A DNA stretch of 64,000 nucleotides from Candidatus Omnitrophota bacterium. GTDB lineage: Bacteria > Omnitrophota > Gorgyraeia > Duberdicusellales > 4484-171. The notes under the pieces are model-generated. The model searched no databases. It was not told the DNA's origin and saw only the letters and a list, made by a program, of their open reading frames with translations. The first letter of the stretch is position 1. Each line of letters begins with the position of its first letter. Both the position numbers and the translations under genes were made by a program. The stretch is taken from contig JBAZGN010000003.1 of NCBI GenBank assembly GCA_041652815.1, positions 129,530 through 193,529 of the forward strand, written 5' to 3'. Of the stretch, positions 1 to 9,895 are shown piece after piece.

Positions 1-760
1 TTTTATCAAATCCTTGGGTTTATACACTCTATGCCGTATTTTTTATAATGTTTTTGGTATGAACGATGCACTTATGCATCTTTTTATGTTTTTGGGAGCA
101 CTTTCAATAATCATTGGCGGTTTTCTGGCCTTAGGGCAAAGCGACATAAAGAGGCTTCTGGGATATTCTTCTATAAGCCAGGTAGGATATATGGTGTTAG
201 GCTTAGGAATTGGCACACCGCTTGCCATAACCGGGGCGCTTTTGCATTTGTTGAATCACTCCGTATTTAAATCCTTGCTATTTTTAAATGCCGGTAGCCT
301 TGAGTATGCAACCGGCACCAGAAATTTAGAAAAACTTGGCGGGTTGCGGACAAAAATGCCAATGACTTCAGCAACGTCATTAGCAGCATCAATGAGCATA
401 TCCGGCATACCGCCTTTTGCCGGTTTTTTTAGCAAGCTATTAATCATAGCTGCCTGCATTGAAAGCGGTTATATCGGTTATGGCATTATAACGATTATTG
501 GCGCGATTCTTACGATTTCCTATATTTTGAAATTTCAAAAATATGTTTTTTTCGGGCAATTGAAAGAAACAAATAAAAATATCCGGGAAGTGCCAATCCT
601 TATGAAATTTTCAATGACTGTTCTTGCATTTATATGTATTTTTGGCGCTACGCTGATGATACCTAAGGTGAAGGATTACTTTTTAAAACCGGCAGTTGAC
701 AGTTTAACTAAGGGCATAAAGTATACCAATTTAGTTTCACAGCAGTTATATGAAAAATAA
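1..760 (+). CDS. NuoN/MrpD-family proton-pumping antiporter subunit; C-terminal part, 5' end outside the window
   Basis: Reading frame is open to position 1. Motif LLGYSSISQVGYMVLGLG matches the NuoL/M/N-MrpD signature. Multi-TM protein followed by MrpE/F/G-like genes. Confidence 0.7.
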   Translation, partial: FIKSLGLYTLCRIFYNVFGMNDALMHLFMFLGALSIIIGGFLALGQSDIKRLLGYSSISQVGYMVLGLGIGTPLAITGALLHLLNHSVFKSLLFLNAGSLEYATGTRNLEKLGGLRTKMPMTSATSLAASMSISGIPPFAGFFSKLLIIAACIESGYIGYGIITIIGAILTISYILKFQKYVFFGQLKETNKNIREVPILMKFSMTVLAFICIFGATLMIPKVKDYFLKPAVDSLTKGIKYTNLVSQQLYEK

Positions 761-1253
761 ATTAGTATTGTTTATTTTCTGTTTTCTTGTTTGGATATTT
801 TTGCGATACTTGCCTAATTGGCAGACAGATTGGCAAAGCCTCTTAGTTGGAGCTGTTGTAGCTTTTGTTGTAACCGCACTCTACGGCGACTTGTTCACGG
901 GACGGCCGGCATTATTCCTGGAATATAAACGCTACCTTTGGTTTATTTATTTTATTGTTTTGTGCACATGGGAATGCCTAAAAATTAATATAGAAATGAC
1001 GATGCGGCTTATCGTAAAAGATATACCAATAAATCCTGCAATTTTAAAATTAAAAACCAACCTAAAAACAGACATCGGCCTGACATGCCTTGCAAATAGC
1101 CTGACACTTACGAAAGGAGCGATAACCATAGATATCGAAAAAGAAAAAGGCTTAATCTATATACACTGGATTGATGTTAAGCGGGCGGGCAAAAATAAAA
1201 TAGAAGAAACTATTGAAAGGTTTGAAAAAATAATTAAAAAAATTTTTGAATAA
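750..1253 (+). CDS. Na+/H+ antiporter subunit E-like (MrpE/MnhE family)
   Basis: Segment LANSLTLTKGAITIDIE...LYIHWIDV resembles the MnhE signature ANSITLTPGT...LYVH. 4-nt overlap with the upstream gene. Confidence 0.6.
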   Translation: MKNKLVLFIFCFLVWIFLRYLPNWQTDWQSLLVGAVVAFVVTALYGDLFTGRPALFLEYKRYLWFIYFIVLCTWECLKINIEMTMRLIVKDIPINPAILKLKTNLKTDIGLTCLANSLTLTKGAITIDIEKEKGLIYIHWIDVKRAGKNKIEETIERFEKIIKKIFE

Positions 1254-1257
1254 TATA

Positions 1258-1626
1258 ATGAAAACACTACATTATATAATAGGGCTTTCGATTTTACTGG
1301 CAATACTTACGGTAATAGCATTTTTCCCCTTGAAAATACTTATTTATCAGCAATTGGACTTTTTATGGCTGCTCAAGCGCGGCATAAGCATTATTCTTTT
1401 ATGTGCGTTTTTTTGCCTTTTCCGTGTCCTTCGCGGGCCGACCTCCGCCGACAGAATAGCCGGAATGGACATGCTTGGAATACTTATAATAGGCATATGC
1501 GCACTTCTTAGCATAAGCACAAAAAGAACATGGTATATGGATATAGGCATTGCCTGGGCGCTGCAGAGTTTTATTTCAACTTTGGCATTTACCAAGTTTT
1601 TGGAGGGTAAAGACTTTGATGAATAA
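1258..1626 (+). CDS. Monovalent cation/H+ antiporter subunit F-like (MrpF)
   Basis: Motif RVLRGPTSADRIAGMDMLGILIIG is the MrpF/PhaF signature. The ORF-track start at 1246 is a TTG; the ATG at 1258 is more plausible. Confidence 0.6.
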   Translation: MKTLHYIIGLSILLAILTVIAFFPLKILIYQQLDFLWLLKRGISIILLCAFFCLFRVLRGPTSADRIAGMDMLGILIIGICALLSISTKRTWYMDIGIAWALQSFISTLAFTKFLEGKDFDE

Positions 1627-1933
1627 TATAGCCGGGATAGCTTTGATAATAGCAGGGCTTATATTTGATTTTATAGGCTGCCTGGGCCTGGTAAGGCTTC
1701 CTGATGTATATAACCGGTTGCAAGCATCAACTAAATGTGTAACCTTTGGGACTTGCGCCATTCTCCTTGGAACAGTGTTTATCATAGGATTAAATACTGC
1801 CGGAGTAAAATGTATTTTAACAATTATTTTTTTACTTTTTACATCACCCACAGCATCGCATGCGCTAGCGCGCGCCTGTTGCAAGACAGATGTAAAATTG
1901 TGTAACAAAAGCTTAATCAACGAATACAAATAA
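1619..1933 (+). CDS. Monovalent cation/H+ antiporter subunit G-like (MrpG)
   Basis: Motif RLQASTKCVTFG matches the MnhG signature RLHAxxKxxTxG. The ATG at 1619 overlaps the mrpF stop. Confidence 0.6.
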   Translation: MNNIAGIALIIAGLIFDFIGCLGLVRLPDVYNRLQASTKCVTFGTCAILLGTVFIIGLNTAGVKCILTIIFLLFTSPTASHALARACCKTDVKLCNKSLINEYK

Positions 1934-1936
1934 CTC

Positions 1937-2539
1937 ATGAAATATCCTAAATTAAGAGAGATTAAAGGCGCCTTAAAATCATTTTTCAGCAAGCCGTATA
2001 CGACCAGATTCCCGAAGGAACCGCACATTCCTTTTAGCTCATTTCGCGGAAGGCCTTATTATTACGAAGACAAATGCATTGGCTGTACCGCCTGCGTTAA
2101 TGTCTGCCCTACCAAAGCCTTAAGCTTTACGGATATCACCGATGGCAACACTGCAAAACGAGTTTTAACCATAAACTGGGATGTATGCATCGCCTGCGGG
2201 CAATGCGAGCTTAACTGCGTAAGCGTAGAAGGCATAATGCTCTCTAATGAATTTGATATCGCAACCACCGAACACCGGAGCGTTCTTCGCCAGACAATCG
2301 AGAAAGAAATGATTCTTTGCGAGCATTGCAACTCGGCTTTTGCCTGCCGCGACCATCTAAATTGGACAATAGAAAAACTCGGGCCACTTTATCCGCCGAA
2401 TACAACCCTGCTTACGTTTAACCAAAACGCCCTTGCGCTAAGTGCCGAAACACCCCATAATGAAAGGCTCATCGGCCGGCCTGACCGCTTCAGCGTTCTT
2501 TGCCCGAGGTGCCGTAGAGAAGCAGTTTTCCAATCGTAA
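1937..2539 (+). CDS. NuoI/HycF/MbhN-like 2x[4Fe-4S] ferredoxin subunit with a Cys-rich C-terminal extension
   Basis: Two motifs, CIGCTACVNVCP and CIACGQCELNCV. N-terminal TTRFPKEP...FRGRP resembles NuoI. Extra CxxC and CPRC motifs in the C-terminal half. Confidence 0.65.
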   Translation: MKYPKLREIKGALKSFFSKPYTTRFPKEPHIPFSSFRGRPYYYEDKCIGCTACVNVCPTKALSFTDITDGNTAKRVLTINWDVCIACGQCELNCVSVEGIMLSNEFDIATTEHRSVLRQTIEKEMILCEHCNSAFACRDHLNWTIEKLGPLYPPNTTLLTFNQNALALSAETPHNERLIGRPDRFSVLCPRCRREAVFQS

Positions 2540-2553
2540 ACGGAGTAAAAAAC

Positions 2554-3651
2554 ATGAAATGCCTTGCGTTTGACCTCGGAAAAGTTCTATTCGATTTCGA
2601 CTATGGTATTGCATTAAGAAAAATTGAAACCAAAATAAAAGTACAACCGAAAGAAATAATCAATCAACTTTTCTTTAATGATTTTGCCAAAGACTTCGAG
2701 AAAGGCCTTGTGAGCACGCGCGATTTTTATGAAAAATTCAAAAACGCATTCAAGCTATCATTAACCTATGAAGAATTCATAGATACCTGGTGCGATATCT
2801 TTTCATTAAATAAAGACGTTGCAAGCCTCATAGAAAAGCTAAGCTATATTTATCCTGTTTATCTTATATCGAATATAAACGAGCTTCATTTCGAATACCT
2901 TCATAAAAATTACCCTAATGTATTTTCATTTTTCGACGAACTCATACTTTCATATAAAGTAAAATCATTAAAGCCGGAAAAAGAAATTTACCAGCAGCTT
3001 AAAGATAAAAGTGGCTACAAATATGAAGACATTATTTATGTAGATGACCGGCCGGATCTTATATGTGAAGCAAAAGAACTTAACCTTAAATGCATTAATT
3101 TTACAGGGTTTAACGAATTATTGGCTGAACTTAACCATCATAATATCACAATTCCTACCGAGGAAGAAAAAACAGCGTTTAAAATGCTGAAGAATGAAAT
3201 CTTAAGGCACAAAAAAACACTTATTGTGGGCATAGGAAACACGGATAAGTCTGATGATGGCGTGGGTATATACTTAACAGAAAGAATCAAAAACAAAACC
3301 CATTTAAAAACTATAAACACAGGCCGAATGGTTGAAAATTACTTGGGCAAAATAGCAAAAGAGAAAGCTGATCTTATTATTTTTATTGATTGCGCCACAC
3401 TATCCAGCCCGCAAACATTTGGTTGTTTCAGCCCAAATAGCATCAAAGATTTGCCATTACATTTAACCCATGATGGCTCACTTTCGCGAATTTTCGAATA
3501 CTTGCAAAACGTAAACCGCTCTGATATACTATTCCTTGCCATAAGCGGATTTGATTATTCCTTGGGCCAAAATTTAAGCAAATCTGCCGAAAAACAATTG
3601 CAAATTTTGGGTAATTTTTTTGAAAAACATTTTTCTGCCGATTGTAATTAA
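2554..3651 (+). CDS. Fusion protein: N-terminal HAD-like domain (degenerate motif I) plus C-terminal HycI/HybD-type [NiFe]-hydrogenase maturation endopeptidase
   Basis: C-terminal half has TLIVGIGNTDKSDDGVGIYL (GxGN...DDGxG protease signature). N-terminal half has FDLGKV...YVDDRPD, which is HAD motif-IV-like. Confidence 0.6.
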   Translation: MKCLAFDLGKVLFDFDYGIALRKIETKIKVQPKEIINQLFFNDFAKDFEKGLVSTRDFYEKFKNAFKLSLTYEEFIDTWCDIFSLNKDVASLIEKLSYIYPVYLISNINELHFEYLHKNYPNVFSFFDELILSYKVKSLKPEKEIYQQLKDKSGYKYEDIIYVDDRPDLICEAKELNLKCINFTGFNELLAELNHHNITIPTEEEKTAFKMLKNEILRHKKTLIVGIGNTDKSDDGVGIYLTERIKNKTHLKTINTGRMVENYLGKIAKEKADLIIFIDCATLSSPQTFGCFSPNSIKDLPLHLTHDGSLSRIFEYLQNVNRSDILFLAISGFDYSLGQNLSKSAEKQLQILGNFFEKHFSADCN

Positions 3652-3655
3652 AAAA

Positions 3656-4075
3656 ATGATTTTCCGAAGAAAACCTCGCCAAAGAAACTTCCCTTTTATA
3701 AGAATTATTTATTTAAGCATCATAGTTTGTTCTTTATTTGCGGTTAACGCATGTGTTCCAGTTCTGGTGGGAACAGGTGTAGTTGCAGGATACACCCTAA
3801 GCAATGATTCGGCAATTGGGGAGGTAAAATGCGATTACCGCACTCTTTGGGATGTTTCCATGGATAAATTACAGAATTTAAAACCTAAAATATTGACTTC
3901 AAATGAATCCAAAGGACTGATAAAAGCAACCGTATCCGATAATGACGTAACCATTAAAATAGATACAATAAACTCGTCAATGCAAAAATTAAAAATTTCT
4001 GCGCGTAAATATCTTCTTCCAAAACCGCAATTCGCACAAAAGATTTTCGTTAAAATCGTACAAGACTTAGAGTGA
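3656..4075 (+). CDS. DUF3568-like lipoprotein
   Basis: Signal peptide with lipobox VNAC. The ORF-track start at 3620 overlaps the upstream gene, so the internal ATG is more likely. Confidence 0.45.
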   Translation: MIFRRKPRQRNFPFIRIIYLSIIVCSLFAVNACVPVLVGTGVVAGYTLSNDSAIGEVKCDYRTLWDVSMDKLQNLKPKILTSNESKGLIKATVSDNDVTIKIDTINSSMQKLKISARKYLLPKPQFAQKIFVKIVQDLE

Positions 4076-4860
4076 ATAAATCAAAAATTTTAAACAAAAT
4101 CCTGTCCGGGCTTTTCTTAACCATTTTATGCTCTTGCGTTCCAAGTTATGATTACTCGCACATACGTGTAACTCGGGTAATTGACGGTGATACGGTGAGG
4201 CTTGAGAACGGAGAAACTCTTCGTTACATAGGCATCGACACCCCGGAAATAAAAATAAAACAAAATAACCGCTTTATCTATAATCCGCAGCCCTTTTCGC
4301 TGGAAGCGAAAAGGCTTAACGAAAAACTTGTAAAAAATAAAATAGTACGCATCGAGTTTGACATAGAAAAAACCGATAAATACAAACGATTGCTGGGCTA
4401 CTGTTTTATCGAAAATACATTAGTAAATGCAAAACTGGTAGAAGAAGGCGTTGCTGTTACCTACACAATCCCGCCTAATATAAAATATGTAGATATTTTT
4501 ATAAAATCGCAAAAAAATGCGCGTCAAAACCTGAAAGGAATGTGGGGAGTCTACGAAACTATCACCGCAGATAAAGCAATTAACCATACAAACCAGATAC
4601 GTACTGTAAAAGGAAAAATAGTAAGCGGCCGGCGCACAAAAAACGGTATACTTTTAACTTTGGAGACGAGTCGTGAATCGCCTTTTAAGGTAATGATATT
4701 TAATAATTCTTTGAAATATTTTTATCAAAAAAATATAGACCCTGTTAACTATTATAGAGAAAAGGTAATAGAAGTCAGCGGAAGGATACGCCGTTACAAA
4801 CAAACCGCACAAATAATAGTAAGCTCGCCTGAAGAGATATCAATACGTAATGTGGAATAG
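4072..4860 (+). CDS. Thermonuclease-family (staphylococcal nuclease-like) lipoprotein
   Basis: Motif RVIDGDTVRLENGETLRYIGIDTPE is the SNase signature. N-terminal lipobox LTILCSC. Confidence 0.75.
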   Translation: MNKSKILNKILSGLFLTILCSCVPSYDYSHIRVTRVIDGDTVRLENGETLRYIGIDTPEIKIKQNNRFIYNPQPFSLEAKRLNEKLVKNKIVRIEFDIEKTDKYKRLLGYCFIENTLVNAKLVEEGVAVTYTIPPNIKYVDIFIKSQKNARQNLKGMWGVYETITADKAINHTNQIRTVKGKIVSGRRTKNGILLTLETSRESPFKVMIFNNSLKYFYQKNIDPVNYYREKVIEVSGRIRRYKQTAQIIVSSPEEISIRNVE

Positions 4861-4861
4861 C

Positions 4862-5516
4862 TTGTTAATCTTTCACAAGCTAGGCTGGAGCGTTTTGCTG
4901 CCTGTTCTATTTCTGGCAGGCTGCGTTACTATCTATAATCCTGCCACGTAAAAGCACGAAACTTATTTTATTGATGAAAAAACAGAAATCGCCATAGGAA
5001 AAAATATGACGAAAGAGATTCTGCAAGAAATAAAACCGTAAAAGATGCAAATCTTTCAGAATATGTAAATCGCATCGGAAAGAAAGTCGCCGCCAAAAGC
5101 GACAAGAATAATTTACCGTATTATTTTTATATACTTGATGACAAAAAAATAAATGCCTTTGCTGTACCAGGCGGCTATATTTTTATAAATAAAGGCCTGC
5201 TCGATAAATTAAATGAAGACGAACTTGCATTTGTTCTAGGGCACGAAATAGACCATATCGCTACACGGCATTCGATAAAAAAACTCCAGGTCGCTTTAGG
5301 ATTTAATATACTTACCAGTATAGCGCTGGATAACCCCGATTGCGCATCAACGCAACAGGCAATGGGCATAGCGTTTAACGTTGTATCTTCGGGGTATTCA
5401 CGCCAGGACGAGCTTTTAGCAGACTCGTTGGGGCTAAAATACTTAGCTAATGCAGGCTACATCCATATGCCTCTATAAATGCCTTAAATAGCTTAGAAAA
5501 AGAGGAGGGGGTCTAA
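4862..5516 (+). pseudogene. M48-family metallopeptidase lipoprotein (BepA/YfgC-like), disrupted
   Basis: TTG start with signal peptide and LAGC lipobox. In-frame TAA after ...IYNPAT. At least two -1 frameshifts (after ...LQEIKP and at AGY/DPYA). HEIDH zinc motif and NAFAVPGGYIFIN are still recognisable. Confidence 0.6.
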
Positions 5517-5786
5517 CTTAGGGTTAGTTTTTTTACGGACTCATCCTTTGACACAAGAACGGATTAAGCAACTATAAAAGAAGATCGAAGGTAAAATACC
5601 TTAAAATTTTTCTTAAAAAAATACTTTTTTGTTGTATAATATATAATTCGTAAATAAAAGCAACTACGTTGATTTTCTTATATTTTAATCCCCTTGTTAA
5701 AATTCCATGGGCTGCCGAAGGCTCGCCCATGGATAAATAAAGGAGCGGGACGTTGCCCCAAGGATACACTTGGGGCTCCAGTATAT

Positions 5787-7118
5787 ATGGCTGAAGATAG
5801 ATTATCAAAAATAGTATCTCTGTGCAGAAGGCGTAGCTTTGTTTTTGGAGGCTCGGAAATATACGGCGGGCTGGGAAGCTTCTGGGACTACGGGCCTTTA
5901 GGCGCCAGGCTTAAAAAACGCATTAAAGATATCTGGTGGGATACTTACGTAGAAAAGAAAGAAGACATCCTGGGGTTGGATAGCAGCATAATAATGCATG
6001 AAGATGTCTTTAAGGCTTCCGGTCACTTAGAAGGGTTCACTGATTCATTGGTTGATTGCCCTAAATGCAAAAAGCGATTTCGCATAGATAAACTTGAAAA
6101 AATAAATGAAAATCTATACCGCTGCGCGGAATGCAAAAGTGATATAGATAGCACTAAACACAAACCCCGCAAATTTAACCTGATGCTCAAGACAAACGTA
6201 AGCGCAACCGAAGATGAACCGAACTACGGGTATCTGCGGCCGGAAACTGCTCAAGGCATATTTACAAACTTTATAAATGTATTGAATTCAACCCACAAGA
6301 AACTTCCCTTTGGCATTGCTCAAATAGGAAAAGCATTCAGGAACGAAGTTACGACCGGAAGCTTTATTTTCAGAATGAAAGAATTTGAACAGATGGAAAT
6401 AGAATATTTCGTAAAGCCACAAGACGCAGCTAAAGCGTACGAATATTGGGTGAAGGAACGGTTTGATTTTTACACTTCGAAACTTGGAATTAGGAAGGAA
6501 AACTTAAGGCTGCGCGAGCACGAAAAAGATGAGCTCGCACACTATGCTAAAAGCTGCACAGATATTGAATATAACTTTCCCTTTGGCTGGAGCGAGCTTG
6601 AAGGTATCGCCAACAGGGGTAACTTCGATTTAACCGAACATGCGCGCGTAAGCAAAAAAGACCATAGCTATTTTGACGAAGCCACAAAAGAAAAATTTAT
6701 TCCCTATGTTATCGAGCCATCAGCAGGGGTAGACAGGACATTTTTTGCCGTAATTTCTGATGCTTACCATGAAGAAGAAGTAAATGGGAAAACAAGAGTG
6801 GTACTTAAACTTAAACCGAGCCTTGCTTCTAATTACGCGGCAATTTTTCCGCTTTTAAAAAATAAACCGGAACTGGTTGAGCTTGCAAAAAAAATTTTTT
6901 ATGATATAAAAGATAAATTCCCTGCTACTTATGACGATACCGGCGCAATAGGGAAATTATACCGTCGACAGGATGAAATCGGAACACCTTTCTGCATAAC
7001 TGTCGATGTCGAAAGCCTCACCGATAGTAAAGTTACAATCAGAGACAGGGACACAATGAAACAGGAACGAATAGGTATTGAAAAGATTCTGGAATATATC
7101 GAAGCAAAAATAAAATAG
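5787..7118 (+). CDS. glyQS: Glycine--tRNA ligase (alpha2 homodimeric type)
   Basis: Class II aaRS GlyRS signature throughout. Start chosen at ATG 5787 (MAEDRLSKIV...); the ORF-track 5' extension overlaps a leader hairpin. Confidence 0.85.
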   Translation: MAEDRLSKIVSLCRRRSFVFGGSEIYGGLGSFWDYGPLGARLKKRIKDIWWDTYVEKKEDILGLDSSIIMHEDVFKASGHLEGFTDSLVDCPKCKKRFRIDKLEKINENLYRCAECKSDIDSTKHKPRKFNLMLKTNVSATEDEPNYGYLRPETAQGIFTNFINVLNSTHKKLPFGIAQIGKAFRNEVTTGSFIFRMKEFEQMEIEYFVKPQDAAKAYEYWVKERFDFYTSKLGIRKENLRLREHEKDELAHYAKSCTDIEYNFPFGWSELEGIANRGNFDLTEHARVSKKDHSYFDEATKEKFIPYVIEPSAGVDRTFFAVISDAYHEEEVNGKTRVVLKLKPSLASNYAAIFPLLKNKPELVELAKKIFYDIKDKFPATYDDTGAIGKLYRRQDEIGTPFCITVDVESLTDSKVTIRDRDTMKQERIGIEKILEYIEAKIK

Positions 7119-7138
7119 AAACTAAAGGAGGCAGCATC

Positions 7139-9886
7139 ATGGCGAAGAAGTATGTTTATTCTTTTGGAGGAGGCAAGGCCGATGGAAATGAAAGTATGAA
7201 AAATCTTTTGGGCGGCAAAGGTGCAAACCTTGCTGAAATGGCTGGGCACAAAGATTTGCGCTTGCCAGTACCTCCGGGTTTTACCCTAACAACGGAAATT
7301 TGTACATATTATTACGAAAACAAACGTACTTATCCTAAGGGGCTCAAGGAAGATGTAGAGAAAGCTTTAAAAAGAGTAGAAACAATAATGGGCAAACAGT
7401 TTGGAAGCCAAACCAACCCATTGCTTGTATCGGTACGTTCCGGCGCAAGAAAATCAATGCCGGGAATGATGGAAACGGTTTTAAACGTAGGCCTTACCGA
7501 AAAAACCATTCCTGCCTTAATTAAACTAACAAAAAATGAACGCTTTGTATATGATGCATACCGCAGGCTGATTATGATGTATTCTGACGTTGTAATGGAA
7601 AAAGCTGCAGGAATTGAACCCGAAGGTGATGAAGCCGGCATCAGAAAGCAGCTTGAAAAGATAATGGCGGCGATGAAGAAAGAAAGACGCGTTGCTAACG
7701 ATACCGAATTATCTGCTGCCGATCTTAAAAAACTTTGCTCTTTATTTAAAGTCAGGATTAAAGAAGTTCTTAAAAAAGAATTTCCCGATGACCCGGAACA
7801 ACAGTTATGGGGCGGAATTTCTGCGGTATTTCTTTCCTGGAACGGAAAAAGAGCCATATCCTACAGAAGAATCGAAAATATTCCTGATGAATGGGGAACA
7901 GCAGTAAACGTGCAATCAATGGTTTTCGGCAATATGGGAGAGACAAGCGCAACCGGAGTCGCGTTTACCAGAAATCCCGGCAATGGTGAGAACAAGTTCT
8001 ATGGCGAATATCTTATTGACGCGCAGGGAGAAGACGTGGTTGCCGGAATACGCACGCCTGCACCGATAAATGAATATTCAAAGAGCGAACACAACAAGGC
8101 TCTGGTAAGCCTTGAAAAAGGTATGCCAAAAATTTACAAAGAGCTTGTCGACATACGAAACAGGCTTGAAAAGCATTATCGCGATATGCTTGATATAGAA
8201 TTTACTATTGAAAAAGGAATACTTTACATGCTTCAATGCCGCGTAGGAAAACGTAATGGCCCTGCGGCAATAAAGATGGCAGTTGATATGGTCAAGGAAA
8301 AACTTATCGCAAAAGAAGAAGCTGTAATGAGAGTGACGCCTGCGCAATTAGACGAATTACTTCATCCGATAATTGACCCTAAGGAAGAATTAGCAAATAA
8401 GCCTATCGCAAAAGGCCTTCCTGCTGGCCCAGGGGGTGCAGCCGGAATGATTGTTTTTAGCGCAAACGAAGCCGTAAAATGGGCGAAAGAAGGCAAAAAA
8501 GTGGTTCTGGTGCGCGAAGAAACAAACCCTGAAGACGTAGAAGGAATGCGCGCTGCACAGTGTATACTTACGGCAAGAGGCGGTATGACATCGCACGCTG
8601 CTTTAGTTGCCAGAGGATGGGGAAAATGCTGCATAGTTGGCTGCGGCGGCCTGTATGTAGATTACAATGCAAAAACATTAAAAGCAGGTGATAAAACACT
8701 CAAGGAAGGCCAGTGGCTTACCCTAAACGGCACAAAAGGAAACGTTTATGCAGGGCAACTTAGGATGATGGATGCTTCCGAAGAAAATCAACTCCTTTCG
8801 GAATTTTTAAAAATGTGCGACCTATTCAGGCGTTTAAAAATCCGAGCCAATGCTGACACTCCGGATGACGCTCAAAAGGCAAGGTCTTTTGGCGCAGAAG
8901 GCATCGGGCTTTTTAGAACCGAGCATATGTTTTACGGTAAAGGTGCGGAACAGCCGCTCTTTTTGCTACGTAAAATGATAGTTTCAAAAACAAAAGAAGA
9001 AAGGAAACGCGCGCTCAGCGAACTGTTTCCGTTTGCAAAAGCAGATATAAAACAAACCCTTGAAGCCATGAAAGGTTTTCCTGTAACTATACGTTTGTTA
9101 GACCCGCCGCTTCATGAATTTGTACCGCGGGACGAAAAGCAACAACAGGAATTAGCCCAGAGCTTAAGCATAGGAATTGAGGAATTTCGGAAAAGAGCCG
9201 ATGAGTTGCATGAAAACAACCCAATGATGGGCCATCGTGGTGTACGCTTAGGTATAACTTATCCTGAAATAACCGAAATGCAGGTAAGAGCTATCCTTGA
9301 AGCTTCAGCCGAGCTCATCAAATCCGGGGGCAAGGTTGAACCGGAAATCATGGTGCCGGTTGTATGCACCGTAGAAGAGTTAACTGACCAGTTAACTTTA
9401 GTTAAAAAAATCTATGAAGAGGTCCTTAAGAAATATTCCTTAAAAAAAGTACCTTCTATGTTCGGTACAATGATAGAAATCCCGCGCGCAGCATTAACTG
9501 CTGATAAAATAGCACAGGTTGCAGAATTTTTCTCATTTGGAACAAACGACCTTACACAAATGAGCTTTGGATTTTCCAGAGACGATATCGGTGGATTTTT
9601 GCCTGAATATCTAAAAAAAGGCATATTGGCCGATGACCCTTTCCAGACTATCGACCAGGAAGGCGTGGGCCAATTAATTAAGGTAGGCATCGAACGTGGC
9701 AGAAAAACCCGTAAAAATTTAAAAGTCGGTATATGCGGCGAACATGGAGGAGAGCCAAAGTCAGTTGAATTCTGCCACAAAGTCGGGATGAATTATGTAT
9801 CGTGTTCTCCGTTTAGGATACCTATTGCAAGGCTGGCTGCAGCACAGGCGGTTTTAAAAGAAAAAACCAGCAAAAGGAAAAAATAG
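7139..9886 (+). CDS. ppdK: Pyruvate, phosphate dikinase
   Basis: 915 aa with PEP-utilizing enzyme motifs (GGMTSHAALVARGWGKCCIVGC). RBS AAAGGAGG at 7122-7129. Confidence 0.92.
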   Translation: MAKKYVYSFGGGKADGNESMKNLLGGKGANLAEMAGHKDLRLPVPPGFTLTTEICTYYYENKRTYPKGLKEDVEKALKRVETIMGKQFGSQTNPLLVSVRSGARKSMPGMMETVLNVGLTEKTIPALIKLTKNERFVYDAYRRLIMMYSDVVMEKAAGIEPEGDEAGIRKQLEKIMAAMKKERRVANDTELSAADLKKLCSLFKVRIKEVLKKEFPDDPEQQLWGGISAVFLSWNGKRAISYRRIENIPDEWGTAVNVQSMVFGNMGETSATGVAFTRNPGNGENKFYGEYLIDAQGEDVVAGIRTPAPINEYSKSEHNKALVSLEKGMPKIYKELVDIRNRLEKHYRDMLDIEFTIEKGILYMLQCRVGKRNGPAAIKMAVDMVKEKLIAKEEAVMRVTPAQLDELLHPIIDPKEELANKPIAKGLPAGPGGAAGMIVFSANEAVKWAKEGKKVVLVREETNPEDVEGMRAAQCILTARGGMTSHAALVARGWGKCCIVGCGGLYVDYNAKTLKAGDKTLKEGQWLTLNGTKGNVYAGQLRMMDASEENQLLSEFLKMCDLFRRLKIRANADTPDDAQKARSFGAEGIGLFRTEHMFYGKGAEQPLFLLRKMIVSKTKEERKRALSELFPFAKADIKQTLEAMKGFPVTIRLLDPPLHEFVPRDEKQQQELAQSLSIGIEEFRKRADELHENNPMMGHRGVRLGITYPEITEMQVRAILEASAELIKSGGKVEPEIMVPVVCTVEELTDQLTLVKKIYEEVLKKYSLKKVPSMFGTMIEIPRAALTADKIAQVAEFFSFGTNDLTQMSFGFSRDDIGGFLPEYLKKGILADDPFQTIDQEGVGQLIKVGIERGRKTRKNLKVGICGEHGGEPKSVEFCHKVGMNYVSCSPFRIPIARLAAAQAVLKEKTSKRKK

Positions 9887-9895
9887 TATAAACAT

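Noticed and set aside
5640-5786. T-box riboswitch upstream of glyQS
   Set aside because: No recognisable T-box consensus (AATTAGGGTGGTACCGCG-like) or specifier-loop architecture could be found by eye. Kept only as an unspecified structured leader.
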